64,000 bases of DNA from Candidatus Doudnabacteria bacterium (GTDB taxonomy: Bacteria > Patescibacteriota > Doudnabacteria > UBA920 > VMFF01), in assembly GCA_028286905.1 (NCBI GenBank), contig JAQBQP010000002.1, forward strand, positions 309,458 through 373,457, read 5' to 3'. Positions within the stretch are counted from its first letter, which is position 1; every line of letters begins with the position of its first letter. Below, piece by piece: positions 35,775-45,444 of the stretch. Under the pieces are notes generated by a model that was not told where the DNA came from, searched no databases, and was given only the letters and a program-made list of their open reading frames with translations. A program made the translations under genes and the position numbers.

Positions 35775-35792
35775 GCCGGAGCGAAGCGAACG
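35775..35792. repeat. 18-bp intergenic repeat GGAGCGAAGCGAACGGCC (copy 2)
   Basis: Identical to 11031-11048; both lie between gene ends. Confidence 0.6.
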
Positions 35793-35801
35793 GCCGAAAG
35801 C

Positions 35802-36074
35802 TTATGGGTACATCTGTGTTCCGGCTTCGTCGTACAAATAAATTGCCAATGTTGGGCAACTTTGTGCCGCCAGCATTAAAGTATCGTCATCAACTGCGCT
35901 TACCTCTAATAAATCAACGTCTGTTTTTTCAGAAGTTTTAAGGTCGCCTTTTTGTAAGATAACGGCTTTGTTCTCATCATCCATCTGGAATACTTCGGGG
36001 TATACCGCCACACAGGATGCCGCACCAATACATAATTCGCGATCGACCATTAAATATTTTATCTTGCTTGCCAT
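35802..36074 (-). CDS. small 4Fe-4S single-cluster ferredoxin
   Basis: 90 aa; CIGAASC...CP cysteine pattern. Confidence 0.6.
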   Translation of the reverse strand: MASKIKYLMVDRELCIGAASCVAVYPEVFQMDDENKAVILQKGDLKTSEKTDVDLLEVSAVDDDTLMLAAQSCPTLAIYLYDEAGTQMYP

Positions 36075-36075
36075 A

Positions 36076-36357
36076 CTATCCTTTTAAATCGACGTATTTA
36101 ATGCTCTTCAGCTGCGGCAATGCTTCCATCAAAAATTTATTTAAAACAACTCCGTAAGTCATTGGCGCGATTGGACAGCCGGCACAGTGGCCGCTTAACC
36201 CCAAAACCAATTGATCATCGGTAGCCTTTAATATATCTACTCCTCCGCCGTGCGCTTTTACGATTGGCAAAATCTTAGAGATTTGAACTCTCGCAGCTTC
36301 TGCAACAGATTCGTTTGTAATAATGATTGGTAGATCTAACATGCTTTTATTATACAC
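36076..36357 (-). CDS. NifU-like (Nfu C-terminal domain) Fe-S cluster assembly protein
   Basis: 93 aa; HGGGVDIL...GHCAGCP motif. Confidence 0.75.
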   Translation of the reverse strand: MYNKSMLDLPIIITNESVAEAARVQISKILPIVKAHGGGVDILKATDDQLVLGLSGHCAGCPIAPMTYGVVLNKFLMEALPQLKSIKYVDLKG

Positions 36358-37535
36358 TATAATTGGCTTACTGTTCGAAGCTGTTTTATAATAGGAATCA
36401 TGGTTTTCAGAGTAAAATCTAAATCTTGTTTAGTAGTTTGGCGCCCTAATGATATTCTAATTGCCGACTTCGCATCCGTTTCGCTTCGGCCAATTGCAGT
36501 AATGACATGTGATGCGTCCATTGATGTTGAAGTGCAAGCAGAGCCGGTAGAAATTTCAATCCCTTTGGCATCTAAATAAAGCATTAAAGCTTCGCCTTCT
36601 GCATCGAGAACAGAAAAATTTATATTATTTGCTAAGCGTTTGATAGCGTCACCATTTAAAACCAAGTTTGGAATTGTTTTAAATGCCTGTTTAATAAAAT
36701 AATCGCGCAAAACAGTTAGGCGTTTATTTTCTTTTTGAATATTTTTCTCAGCAATTTCTAAAGCTTCTGCAAACCCGATAATAGCTGGAACATTTTCAGT
36801 TCCAGAACGCAAAGAGTTTTCCTGGCCGCCACCGTAGATAATTGGTTTTAATTGCAGTCCTTGGCGAATGTAAAGCAAGCCGATTTGTTTTGGTCCGTAA
36901 ATTTTGCTGCCGTTTATTGTTAGTAAATCAACTCCAAGTTTATTAACATCTAACGGCAACGCTCCTGCCGCTTGGCAAGCGTCGGAGTGAAAAAGAATCT
37001 TCGGGTTTATTTTTTTGATTGTTTTAGAAATTTCAGCAATTGGCTGAATTGTTCCAATTTCGTTGTTTGCATACATTACCGAAACCAAAACAGTGTTTCT
37101 TCTGATGGCTTTCGCGATATCGAAGGCTTTAACCAATCCATCTTGACCAACCGGGACAATCGTTACTTCTACTCCTTCACCTTTTAAAGCCGCGAAGCTT
37201 TCTAAGACCGCGTGATGCTCTATCGCCGAACAGATAATATGCGGTTTGTTTTTATTATGCGCTAAATGATTTCGAACTACCCCAAAGATTGCTAGGTTCA
37301 CAGATTCGGTGCCGCCCGCCGTGAAAATAATTTCTGACGATTTTGCATTTAAAACTTTTGCAATTCTTGCGCGTGCTGACTCAATAGCCTTTTTTGCATT
37401 CGCTCCATCAGAATACAAACTTGATGGATTGCCAAATTCTTTAGTCCAATATGGCGCCATCGCTTTAACAACCTTGTCGTCCAAATAAGTCGTTGCGGCA
37501 TGGTCTAAATAAATACGTCTTTTAATCTTTTGCAT
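36357..37535 (-). CDS. cysteine desulfurase (class V aminotransferase, NifS/IscS-type)
   Basis: 392 aa; RIYLDHAATT, PLP-lysine context SGSKIYGPKQ, active-site SSGSACTS. Confidence 0.85.
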   Translation of the reverse strand: MQKIKRRIYLDHAATTYLDDKVVKAMAPYWTKEFGNPSSLYSDGANAKKAIESARARIAKVLNAKSSEIIFTAGGTESVNLAIFGVVRNHLAHNKNKPHIICSAIEHHAVLESFAALKGEGVEVTIVPVGQDGLVKAFDIAKAIRRNTVLVSVMYANNEIGTIQPIAEISKTIKKINPKILFHSDACQAAGALPLDVNKLGVDLLTINGSKIYGPKQIGLLYIRQGLQLKPIIYGGGQENSLRSGTENVPAIIGFAEALEIAEKNIQKENKRLTVLRDYFIKQAFKTIPNLVLNGDAIKRLANNINFSVLDAEGEALMLYLDAKGIEISTGSACTSTSMDASHVITAIGRSETDAKSAIRISLGRQTTKQDLDFTLKTMIPIIKQLRTVSQL

Positions 37536-37564
37536 GTATTGATTATAACAAAAGCACCAGCAAT

Positions 37565-37885
37565 TTAATACAAGCTCTTAGCCTTCACGAACCCCTGCGC
37601 CTGTGCTGCTGCTTCATCAGCAAAGCAAGTCGGATCTTTTAATTTTGCATACCAGCTATCCCCTGGCAAATGGTATGTTTTCTTAGTTTTAGAAGCCTTG
37701 CCTTTGACCGGACAAGTTGGATCGATAGGTGCTTTTTTATATTGATTATAAAGCCTTACCGGAGTATAATTGTAATTAGCAAGATCAGTTTGTCTAAGCA
37801 ATAAACTGGCTGAGAAACCAAAAACAAAACCAACAACTATCGTTGCCAATCGTAACCCGTTCAATTTATTTAAAAACTTAATCAT
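37565..37885 (-). CDS. membrane-anchored sunset-domain protein
   Basis: 106 aa; N-terminal TM; C-terminal KGKASKTKKTYHLPGDSWYAKLK...CFADEAAAQAQGF matches the sunset-domain signature. Confidence 0.6.
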   Translation of the reverse strand: MIKFLNKLNGLRLATIVVGFVFGFSASLLLRQTDLANYNYTPVRLYNQYKKAPIDPTCPVKGKASKTKKTYHLPGDSWYAKLKDPTCFADEAAAQAQGFVKAKSLY

Positions 37886-37909
37886 TAGCTAAGTTCCAGG
37901 TCCAAAATT

Positions 37910-39175
37910 ATGCAATATGCATTTATCCTAGGGAGGGTATATACATTATCAATTGCCGAGCTTATCGAAGTTCTGCAATCTCATGATATTACTTTTAAAA
38001 TTTTAATCGTTTCAATTGAAGTTCTTATTATTGAAACCGAAGTTCAAATCGACCACGAAAAGCTTCAAAGAGAGCTTGGTGGAATTATTAAGATTGCGAA
38101 AATCATCGATTTTATCAAAAAACGCGAACAAGATTCAATTAACTTTGCGCTTCAAAATTATTTTAAACCTAGTAAATTAAAAAAAGATTATTTCAAAGAC
38201 TACACTGGCAAAAAACAATTTGGCTTAAGCATTTACCTGCTCGACCAAACTGTTAAAGCTTTCGGCGAACCGCGCCGCTTGGGAATGTTTATTAAAAAAG
38301 GTTTGCAAGATGAGGGCGCCTCAATTCGTGCTTGTTTGCCTGAATATAATTCCCTAGCATTGGCATCCGTGGTGGTAACTAAAAATTTGTTACTACAGAA
38401 GGGTGCAGAAATTATCGTTATTGCCGGAATTGATCGGGTTTATGTTGGCAAAACCTTGATTGTCCAAGATTTTGAAGATTATGGCCGCAGAGATTATCAG
38501 CGACCTATTCGAGATGAGAAACAAGGAATGATCCCCCCAAAAGTTGCACAAATTATGATTAATTTCACTCAAGCAAAAAAAGGATCTACTTTGCTTGATC
38601 CATTCTGTGGAATTGGAACAATGGTTCAAGAAGCGGTTCTTTTGGGTTACAAAATGGATGGGTCGGACATCGCCAAATTTGCGATTAATGGCAGCGAAAA
38701 GAATCTTGAATGGTTCAAAAACCGTTACAAAATACCGGCTGGTAAATGGAAGCTGGAAGTAGCTGATGCAAGGAAGATCTCAGAGGTCTTTAAGGGCGAA
38801 AAATTCGCTGCTATCGCAACCGAAGGCAGCCTTGGACCCATTTATGGTTCCTTGCCAAAACCGGCCTTGATGGAGCAAAATTTTGCCGAATTGACAGACA
38901 TTTGGCTGGACACCTTCAAAGAATTTAAGAAAATCCTTGAAAAGGGAGCCAGGGTAGTGGTTTGCTTCCCGGCCTACAAGTTAAATGACCAAGATTACAT
39001 GTTCTTCCCCGCCGTTGACCAAATCTTAGAATTAGGTTATTCTATACATGATCATTTTCCGGAAGCAGTTAAGAAAATCGCTCCGTTTCTTAAGGTTACA
39101 GAGCGCAATTCTATGATCTACGACCGCAAAGATCAGGTCGTGGCTAGAGAAATAGTCACGTTCATTAATAATTAA
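37910..39175 (+). CDS. putative RNA (guanine-N2)-type methyltransferase, UPF0020/Trm11/Trm14-like Rossmann MTase
   Basis: 421 aa; LDPFCGIGTM SAM-binding motif typical of N2-G/N6-A RNA methyltransferases; N-terminal domain unassigned. Confidence 0.5.
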   Translation: MQYAFILGRVYTLSIAELIEVLQSHDITFKILIVSIEVLIIETEVQIDHEKLQRELGGIIKIAKIIDFIKKREQDSINFALQNYFKPSKLKKDYFKDYTGKKQFGLSIYLLDQTVKAFGEPRRLGMFIKKGLQDEGASIRACLPEYNSLALASVVVTKNLLLQKGAEIIVIAGIDRVYVGKTLIVQDFEDYGRRDYQRPIRDEKQGMIPPKVAQIMINFTQAKKGSTLLDPFCGIGTMVQEAVLLGYKMDGSDIAKFAINGSEKNLEWFKNRYKIPAGKWKLEVADARKISEVFKGEKFAAIATEGSLGPIYGSLPKPALMEQNFAELTDIWLDTFKEFKKILEKGARVVVCFPAYKLNDQDYMFFPAVDQILELGYSIHDHFPEAVKKIAPFLKVTERNSMIYDRKDQVVAREIVTFINN

Positions 39176-39184
39176 CATAGCACC

Positions 39185-39466
39185 ATGGCACATAAGAAAG
39201 CCGGAGGCAGTACAGCCTTAGGCCGCGATAGCGTTTCCAAGAGACTTGGAGTAAAAATCTTCGGAGCACAGAAAGTCGAGCTCGGCAATGTAATTGTCCG
39301 ACAACACGGTAGCAAATTCAGACCTGGAAAAAACGTGCGAATGGGTGGCGATGGCACATTGTATGCAGTCGCATCTGGAGTTGTTAAGTTTAGCAACAAA
39401 AAGATCAAGCGCTTCCACGGAGGCCTTGCAAAGACCCGAATAGTGAACGTTATACCTGCGGCGTAG
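39185..39466 (+). CDS. rpmA: 50S ribosomal protein L27
   Basis: 93 aa; [16 protein letters not shown]...IVRQHG..F.PG.NV L27 signature. Confidence 0.9.
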   Translation: MAHKKAGGSTALGRDSVSKRLGVKIFGAQKVELGNVIVRQHGSKFRPGKNVRMGGDGTLYAVASGVVKFSNKKIKRFHGGLAKTRIVNVIPAA

Positions 39467-39481
39467 TAGTACTACTTCCCT

Positions 39482-39510
39482 AAACCCCTCCCTTTGGAGG
39501 GGTTTTAAAT
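39482..39510 (+). terminator. Rho-independent terminator after rpmA
   Basis: CCCCTCC-cttt-GGAGGGG followed by TTTT. Confidence 0.8.
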
Positions 39511-39610
39511 TTCTGAACTTAAGCTTGCTAAAACATAAAAAATATGGTAGACTGTGAAAATAGTTTGGAACGCTCTGTTCCGACTACAAACTCTTTACAA
39601 AGGTGTACGC

Positions 39611-40156
39611 ATGAACGCTTGGGAAAAAGAAATGTACCCGCACGCCCACACCAACCCTCGTGAGAAGCGCCTAATGGAGCATGACCATATGGCGCGTGGG
39701 TTTCTTCTGTTGTGGGTATGCTTAGCCTTCGGGCTTTGTGCCTATCAACAGCAAAACAGCCCGTACCCCCAACTCTCCGGAGTTGGTGTAGTTATCGCGA
39801 TTGCTTGTTCGCTCTGGGCAGTAAGGTTGTTTCGTTCTGCGTATGTGCTCAGCAAGCATCGGGCGACGATCCTCAGGGAACATCAAGTGTCCGACATCCG
39901 TTTGGTGCATTCCCCGGATGCGAGCTGGAAGATCAACCAGCTCATGACAGAGATAACCTTGAAAAGCCTTCAGTACGACGCGATCTGCAACGATCTACAG
40001 GGCAAAGCGGATCCGAAAAGCGACGTTGATCGTGCCCTGGCCAAACAGGCAATGCAGGATGCCTATCGTCAGCATCACGACTACGTTCAAGCTCTAAAGG
40101 CTTTCCGTTACCTCGTCGCGGGACCCGTCAAGACATCCAAGGGCCGCAAATTCTGA
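39611..40156 (+). CDS. GC-rich hypothetical 2-TM membrane protein (181 aa)
   Basis: SD AGGTG 5 nt before the ATG (MNAWEKEM); upstream TTGCTA-N17-TAGACT promoter-like sequence; GC far above the flanks. Confidence 0.5.
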   Translation: MNAWEKEMYPHAHTNPREKRLMEHDHMARGFLLLWVCLAFGLCAYQQQNSPYPQLSGVGVVIAIACSLWAVRLFRSAYVLSKHRATILREHQVSDIRLVHSPDASWKINQLMTEITLKSLQYDAICNDLQGKADPKSDVDRALAKQAMQDAYRQHHDYVQALKAFRYLVAGPVKTSKGRKF

Positions 40157-40171
40157 CCATGGGAGTATGCC

Positions 40172-40414
40172 ATGCAATTCAGCGCAGATATCGAGATTGT
40201 CCGGAGGAACTGCGGCCGTGAACCGATCGAAAGCAATCGGGAACAAATTTCCGCAGCTCTGCGTCGGATGCGATTGTATCTGACCGGAATGCCGGAAATC
40301 GAGAAAAGCTCGGTGCGAGTCACTGATGCAATCGGAGTGCACGAGCAATTGTCGACAATCGCGGAAAACGCTCAGGCGACCATTCAGGCCGCCGAGCGTC
40401 TAGGCTACCATTAG
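40172..40414 (+). CDS. GC-rich hypothetical protein (80 aa)
   Basis: SD GGGAGT 5 nt before the ATG, 15 nt downstream of the previous gene; followed by two hairpins. Confidence 0.45.
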   Translation: MQFSADIEIVRRNCGREPIESNREQISAALRRMRLYLTGMPEIEKSSVRVTDAIGVHEQLSTIAENAQATIQAAERLGYH

Positions 40415-40457
40415 CCTACAACCTACAGGAGGTTGTATAACTCCATAGAAAACAGAA

Positions 40458-40500
40458 AAGAGCCCCAACGATAAAACGTTCGGGCTCTTTCTATTTTATA
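40458..40500. terminator. bidirectional intrinsic terminator between the GC-rich cassette and pyrG
   Basis: AAGAGCCC-N16-GGGCTCTT flanked by an A-run and a T-run. Confidence 0.65.
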
Positions 40501-40514
40501 TCTAAGATTCTTAA

Positions 40515-42203
40515 CTATTTTTTAACTTTTATCTTTGGCTTTTTAATTGCCGCTTTTACAAAACCATCAAACATTGGATGCGGGCGCATCGGTCTAGATT
40601 TATATTCAGGGTGAAATTGGCTGCCCATGAAAAATCTTTTTGTAGGAATTTCAATTATTTCAGCAAGTTTGCCATCTGGAGAAGTTCCTGAAAAAATTAA
40701 ACCTTCTTTTTCTAGTTGCTCGCGGTATTTGTTGTTAATCTCATAACGATGTCGATGTCTTTCAGATATTTTTCGTACTCCATATAAAGCCTCAGCCTTA
40801 CTGCCTTTTTTTAGTATGCAATCCCAAGCGCCTAAACGCATTGAACCGCCGTAGTCTTTTACTAAAAGCTTTTTTTCTTGGTCTGGCATAATATGCACAA
40901 TGTCATGTTTAGTAACTGTGTCCACTTCAGTACTATTTGCATTTCTTAGTTTTGCAACGTTTCGGGCGAATTCAATAGTTGCCATTTGCATGCCATAACA
41001 CAAGCCTAAAAATGGAACATCTTTTTCTCTCGCAAAACGAATTGTTTCAATCATTCCCTCAGTTCCCCTGCTGCCGAAGCCTCCAGGCACAACAATTCCT
41101 TCAAAGCCTGTTAAAACATTTTTTGCACCATCTTTTTCAACTCGAACCGCGTCGATCCAAGTGAGTTTTACTTGAGTTTTGTTAGCCCAAGCAGCATGCT
41201 TTAAAGATTCAATTACAGAAACGTAAGAATCAGCTAGTTCAAACTTGCCAGTACCAAAATATTTTCCAACTACAGCAATACTTAGTTCTTTTTTTGTAGA
41301 ACGGATTTGACGTACAAAGTTTCGCCAAGATTGCATATCCCTTTTGCGAGGCGCTATTTTTAGCTTTGCCAATATAATATCGCCGGCGTTTTGCTCTTCT
41401 AAAATCACGGGTACTTCATAGATTGATTTAACGTCCGGATTTGATAAAACTGATTTCTTATCAACATTACAAAACAAAGCAATGCGTTCTTTACGCTTAT
41501 CATCCATTGGTGTTTCGGAACGACCCACAATGATATCTGGTTCAATTCCCATTGAATTTAGCGTCCGAACCGATTGTTGAACCGGCTTGGACTTCATTTC
41601 ACCTAAGTATGATGGCGTTGGTAAATAAGCAACATGAATATGAATCATATCATCAGGGTTTCGAAGAGTCATGATACGGGTTGCCTCAAAGAAAATACCA
41701 TTTTGATACTCCCCAACTGTACCACCTAATTCGATAATAACAACGTCTGCACCTTTTCCGGCTTGGTAAAAACGCCGAATTATTTCATCAGTAACATGTG
41801 GGATTGCTTCAACGTCTTCGCCCCCGTATTCAAAAGCACGTTCTTTGCGTAAAACTTCCGCGTAAATTTGGCCGGTAGTTATATAGTTGCTGCGATAAAT
41901 AGGTTGATCAATAAATCTTTCGTAGGTGCCTAAATCTTGATCTGTTTCAATTCCATCGTCGGTAACAAAAACTTCGCCGTGCTCTTGGGGTCGGATTGTA
42001 CCCGCGTCTTGATTTAGATACATGTCTACTTTAATTGGCGAAACAGAAATGCCGCGTGATTTTAATATTGTAGAGATAGAAGCTGATGTGACACCCTTTC
42101 CAATACCGGAGATAACTCCGCCGGAGATAAAGATAAATTTTAAATTCTTTTTTTCTTTTTTAATTGTAGGGGTCGCTCTTTTTTGAATCTTCTTTTTTGC
42201 CAT
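40515..42203 (-). CDS. pyrG: CTP synthase
   Basis: 562 aa; N-terminal GGVISGIGKG synthetase domain, C-terminal GLCYGMQ glutamine amidotransferase Cys. Confidence 0.9.
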   Translation of the reverse strand: MAKKKIQKRATPTIKKEKKNLKFIFISGGVISGIGKGVTSASISTILKSRGISVSPIKVDMYLNQDAGTIRPQEHGEVFVTDDGIETDQDLGTYERFIDQPIYRSNYITTGQIYAEVLRKERAFEYGGEDVEAIPHVTDEIIRRFYQAGKGADVVIIELGGTVGEYQNGIFFEATRIMTLRNPDDMIHIHVAYLPTPSYLGEMKSKPVQQSVRTLNSMGIEPDIIVGRSETPMDDKRKERIALFCNVDKKSVLSNPDVKSIYEVPVILEEQNAGDIILAKLKIAPRKRDMQSWRNFVRQIRSTKKELSIAVVGKYFGTGKFELADSYVSVIESLKHAAWANKTQVKLTWIDAVRVEKDGAKNVLTGFEGIVVPGGFGSRGTEGMIETIRFAREKDVPFLGLCYGMQMATIEFARNVAKLRNANSTEVDTVTKHDIVHIMPDQEKKLLVKDYGGSMRLGAWDCILKKGSKAEALYGVRKISERHRHRYEINNKYREQLEKEGLIFSGTSPDGKLAEIIEIPTKRFFMGSQFHPEYKSRPMRPHPMFDGFVKAAIKKPKIKVKK

Positions 42204-42207
42204 GTGA

Positions 42208-42657
42208 TTAAAGTTTGTCTACTAGTTTAATTTTTGGAGTTGCGGTTAGTCCGTTGCCTAGTTTAATTTCTATTGTGTATTCGCCCAGCTGCTTTAAGTG
42301 CTTCGGCATTACTAGTTGGCTTTTCTGAATCTCTAGCTTGGTCTTTTCTTTAATTTTATTTAAGATTTCCTTTTCACTTACGGATCCGAAGATTTGACCT
42401 TTGTCGCCTACTCGGACCAAAATTGTGAATGTTCTTTTATCCATGTCACTTTTTATTTTGGAATTATATTCTTGTTCTTTTTTCTTTTTTGCTTCGTGTT
42501 GGTTTTGTTCATTTCTGATCTTGCTGAGCATTTGCTCATTGGCAACCACAGCATATCCTTTTGAAACTAGAAAGTTTCTGGCATAGCCATCATTGAATTC
42601 TTTTACCTCGCCTTTACGGCCGGTTCCGGGAAAATCTTTTATAAATACAACTTGCAT
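42208..42657 (-). CDS. rplI: 50S ribosomal protein L9
   Basis: 149 aa; MQVVFIKD..G.G.KGEV..V..GYARNFL N-terminal L9 signature. Confidence 0.85.
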   Translation of the reverse strand: MQVVFIKDFPGTGRKGEVKEFNDGYARNFLVSKGYAVVANEQMLSKIRNEQNQHEAKKKKEQEYNSKIKSDMDKRTFTILVRVGDKGQIFGSVSEKEILNKIKEKTKLEIQKSQLVMPKHLKQLGEYTIEIKLGNGLTATPKIKLVDKL

Positions 42658-42733
42658 AAAAGGTAATTAATTAAAAAACAAACCCCTCGTTCGACGAGAG
42701 GTTTATGGCTCTTTTCTATTATACACGATAATT

Positions 42734-43645
42734 TTAGACCCGCAAATACCTGCGAATCGCAATGGTGCTGGAGATAATCCCTAACAATAAAGCGATGCCT
42801 AGCTGCAATAGAAATATATGGCTTAGGCTGAATGCTGAAGTTTGATCGTTAAGCATAGTTCCAAGGTACAAATTCAGGCGCGGTAGTAAATAATTCAGGA
42901 TTGGAATAGTCATTAAAATAGTAATTATACTCGCTGCTATGCCATAAAGAATGCTTTCAACGATAAATGGCCAGCGAATATACCAGTTTGTTGCTCCAAC
43001 TAACTTCATAATTTCAACTTCTTCGCGACGGTTGTAAATAGTTAAGCGAATGGTATTAAAGATAACTAAAACGGCAATGAACGAGAAAATTATCGCCATG
43101 CCAACACCTAATTTTTTAACAGTATTTAAGACTCTTGAAAGTCGTTCAATAACCGTACGATTATCTTCAAAGTTCACTTTTTGAACATATGTTTGATAGT
43201 CTGGCTTGGCCAACTCGGTAGCGATTGCTGGATATTGATCCAAGCTTTTAGCTTTAATCTGTAAAGTTGCCGGCAAAGGGTTATCAGGTAGTTGCGCCAA
43301 TGACTCTTCAATTAGGGCGTTGCCAGCATGCTTTGCTCTAAAGTCGCTTAGCGCTTTATCTGCAGAAATGTAATTTATAGAAGCAACTTCAGGCATTGCT
43401 TCAAGATGGCTTTTTATGTTTAAAATTTGTGGTTCAGCAACCTTCCCCTTGAAATAGACGCTGATATCAACTCGCTCTTGAATGTTTTTTACTGCAACGT
43501 TCGTAACATTAAAAGTAATTAAGGTTAAGGTTAAAATTGAAAGTGTTATAACCATAACCAAAGTTGCTGCTGCAGAAAGCCAGAAGTTTCTCCAAAAATT
43601 TATCCAACCACTTTTTATTGCGCGATATAAGGCTAAAGATCCCAT
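42734..43645 (-). CDS. ftsX: cell division permease FtsX
   Basis: 303 aa; 4 TM helices plus a periplasmic domain; directly downstream of ftsE. Confidence 0.8.
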   Translation of the reverse strand: MGSLALYRAIKSGWINFWRNFWLSAAATLVMVITLSILTLTLITFNVTNVAVKNIQERVDISVYFKGKVAEPQILNIKSHLEAMPEVASINYISADKALSDFRAKHAGNALIEESLAQLPDNPLPATLQIKAKSLDQYPAIATELAKPDYQTYVQKVNFEDNRTVIERLSRVLNTVKKLGVGMAIIFSFIAVLVIFNTIRLTIYNRREEVEIMKLVGATNWYIRWPFIVESILYGIAASIITILMTIPILNYLLPRLNLYLGTMLNDQTSAFSLSHIFLLQLGIALLLGIISSTIAIRRYLRV

Positions 43646-43648
43646 ATT

Positions 43649-44326
43649 TTATAATTTATAATGTCCCTTGGCTTGATCATAAGCAACTCTGCCAGTTTCC
43701 ATTGTAACTACTCTCTTTTGGATTTTGTTTACAAGGTCTCGAGCATGCGTCGCTAAAATAACAGTTGTGCCAAGATTATTAATTTTATGTAGTAAATCTA
43801 AAATTTCGTAACTATTAATTTCATCAAGGTTTCCGGTTGGCTCGTCTGCAATAAGCAAGACTGGTTTGTGCGCTAAAGCTCTTGCAATTGCAACACGCTG
43901 CTTTTCTCCACCGGACATTTCTGCCGGGAAGTTCATAATTTTGTCTTTCAAACCAACAATTTCTAAAATACGCGGTACGTCTCGTTCAATTTTTTCACGC
44001 GCGTAACCAGCGACTTCCATTGCAAACCCAACGTTTTCAAACGCAGTTTTTTTAGGCAAAAGTTTTATATCTTGAAAAACTACTCCGATTTTTCTACGTA
44101 AATAAGGAATTTCTGTTTCAGACAGGCTTGCAATATCCACTTCATCGATTAGAATTCGACCTGAATCCAGTTTTTCTTCAGCAAAAATTAACTTCAGCAA
44201 GGTGGACTTGCCTGCTCCGGATTGACCAACAAGCGAAACAAATTCGCCATGGTTAATCTCTAAATTAATATCTTCTAAAGCTTTTTTGTCTTTGTAAAGT
44301 TTTGTTACGTTCTCGAATCGAATCAT
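43649..44326 (-). CDS. ftsE: cell division ATP-binding protein FtsE
   Basis: 225 aa; [30 protein letters not shown]. Confidence 0.85.
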   Translation of the reverse strand: MIRFENVTKLYKDKKALEDINLEINHGEFVSLVGQSGAGKSTLLKLIFAEEKLDSGRILIDEVDIASLSETEIPYLRRKIGVVFQDIKLLPKKTAFENVGFAMEVAGYAREKIERDVPRILEIVGLKDKIMNFPAEMSGGEKQRVAIARALAHKPVLLIADEPTGNLDEINSYEILDLLHKINNLGTTVILATHARDLVNKIQKRVVTMETGRVAYDQAKGHYKL

Positions 44327-44344
44327 AAATATATTATACCACAG

Positions 44345-45443
44345 TTAGATCGTAGACTCTAAATATTTTTCAATAAAATCATCCAAATTCCCATTTAAAA
44401 TTTTGTTTGGATCGGCAGATTCATAGTCAGTTCGATGATCTTTGACCAATTTATATGGGTGTAATACATAGCTGCGGATTTGATTGCCCCACTCTGGGCT
44501 GTGGAATTCTCCGCGCAATTCTTTTTTTTCTTTCTGTTTTTTCTCTTCTTCTACAACTAAAAGCCTGGCGTGTAAGATTTTCATGGCTTTTTCTCTGTTT
44601 TGTGACTGACTGCGTTCATTTTGGATCGAAACTTTAATCCCAGTGGGGATGTGGGTAAGTCGAACTGCGGAATATGTTGTGTTAACGCTTTGTCCACCGT
44701 GTCCAGAAGCGGTAGACACTTCCATTTTCAAATCTTTTGGATCAATTTTAAATTCTTCCTCTTGGTGCAACAGCGGCAAAACTTCTACAAGTGCAAAAGA
44801 TGTTTCTCTGGTATGTGCCGGGTTAAATTCTGACAATCTTACTAAACGATGCACTCCCGCTTCGCTTTTTAGATATCCGAAAGCATTGTGGCCGAATATT
44901 TCTATAACAACGCTTTTAACCCCGGCTTCTGAGCCTTTTGATAGTTCTAAAATTTCTGTTTTAAAATCTTTTTGTTCCGCAAAACGTAAGTACATTCGCA
45001 AAAGCATATCCGTCCAGTCTTGAGCATCAGCACCGCCTGCACCAGCATGAATTGACATAATTACATTGTGATCGTCATATTTCTTCGAAAAAAAAGCTTC
45101 TATGCGAGCGTGTCCGTATTTTTCTAGTAGCTCTTGGTAAGTTTTTTCTAGGTAAACTTTATCTTCGGCAGTAATAGTACCGCTTTTAAATTGTTCGCTC
45201 GCAAGCACAAAAAGATCTTCGGTTTCTTTATGCAAAGACTTCCAAAAATCAAAGGTTTGTTTTAAGTTATTGTACTGTTCTGATTTTTCACGCGCTTCAC
45301 TTTGGTTATTCCAAAACCCTTCAATCTGCATCTCTTTTTCAAATTGTTTTATTTTTGTTTCTTTTGAATCCAGCTCAAAGTCGCTCCTCGAGATTTGTAA
45401 TCTCTGCAAGCAAATTTTGAATGTTTTTTAGTAATTCGTGCAT
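44345..45443 (-). CDS. prfB: peptide chain release factor 2, with a programmed +1 frameshift (frameshift site at 45375-45380)
   Basis: The track ORF (354 aa) has SGHGGQSVNTT and NQIRSYVLHPY RF2 motifs but lacks the N-terminus. Upstream in the 0 frame, ATG at 45443 encodes MHELLKNIQNLLAEITNLEERL, then CTT TGA preceded by AGGAG (classical RF2 frameshift cassette), continuing in +1 as ELDSKETK... Confidence 0.8.
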
Positions 45444-45444
45444 G

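Noticed and set aside
39467-39480. 12-nt perfect palindrome AGTAGTACTACT right after the rpmA stop
   Set aside because: Too short and AT-rich to call a regulatory site; the adjacent GC hairpin is the functional terminator.
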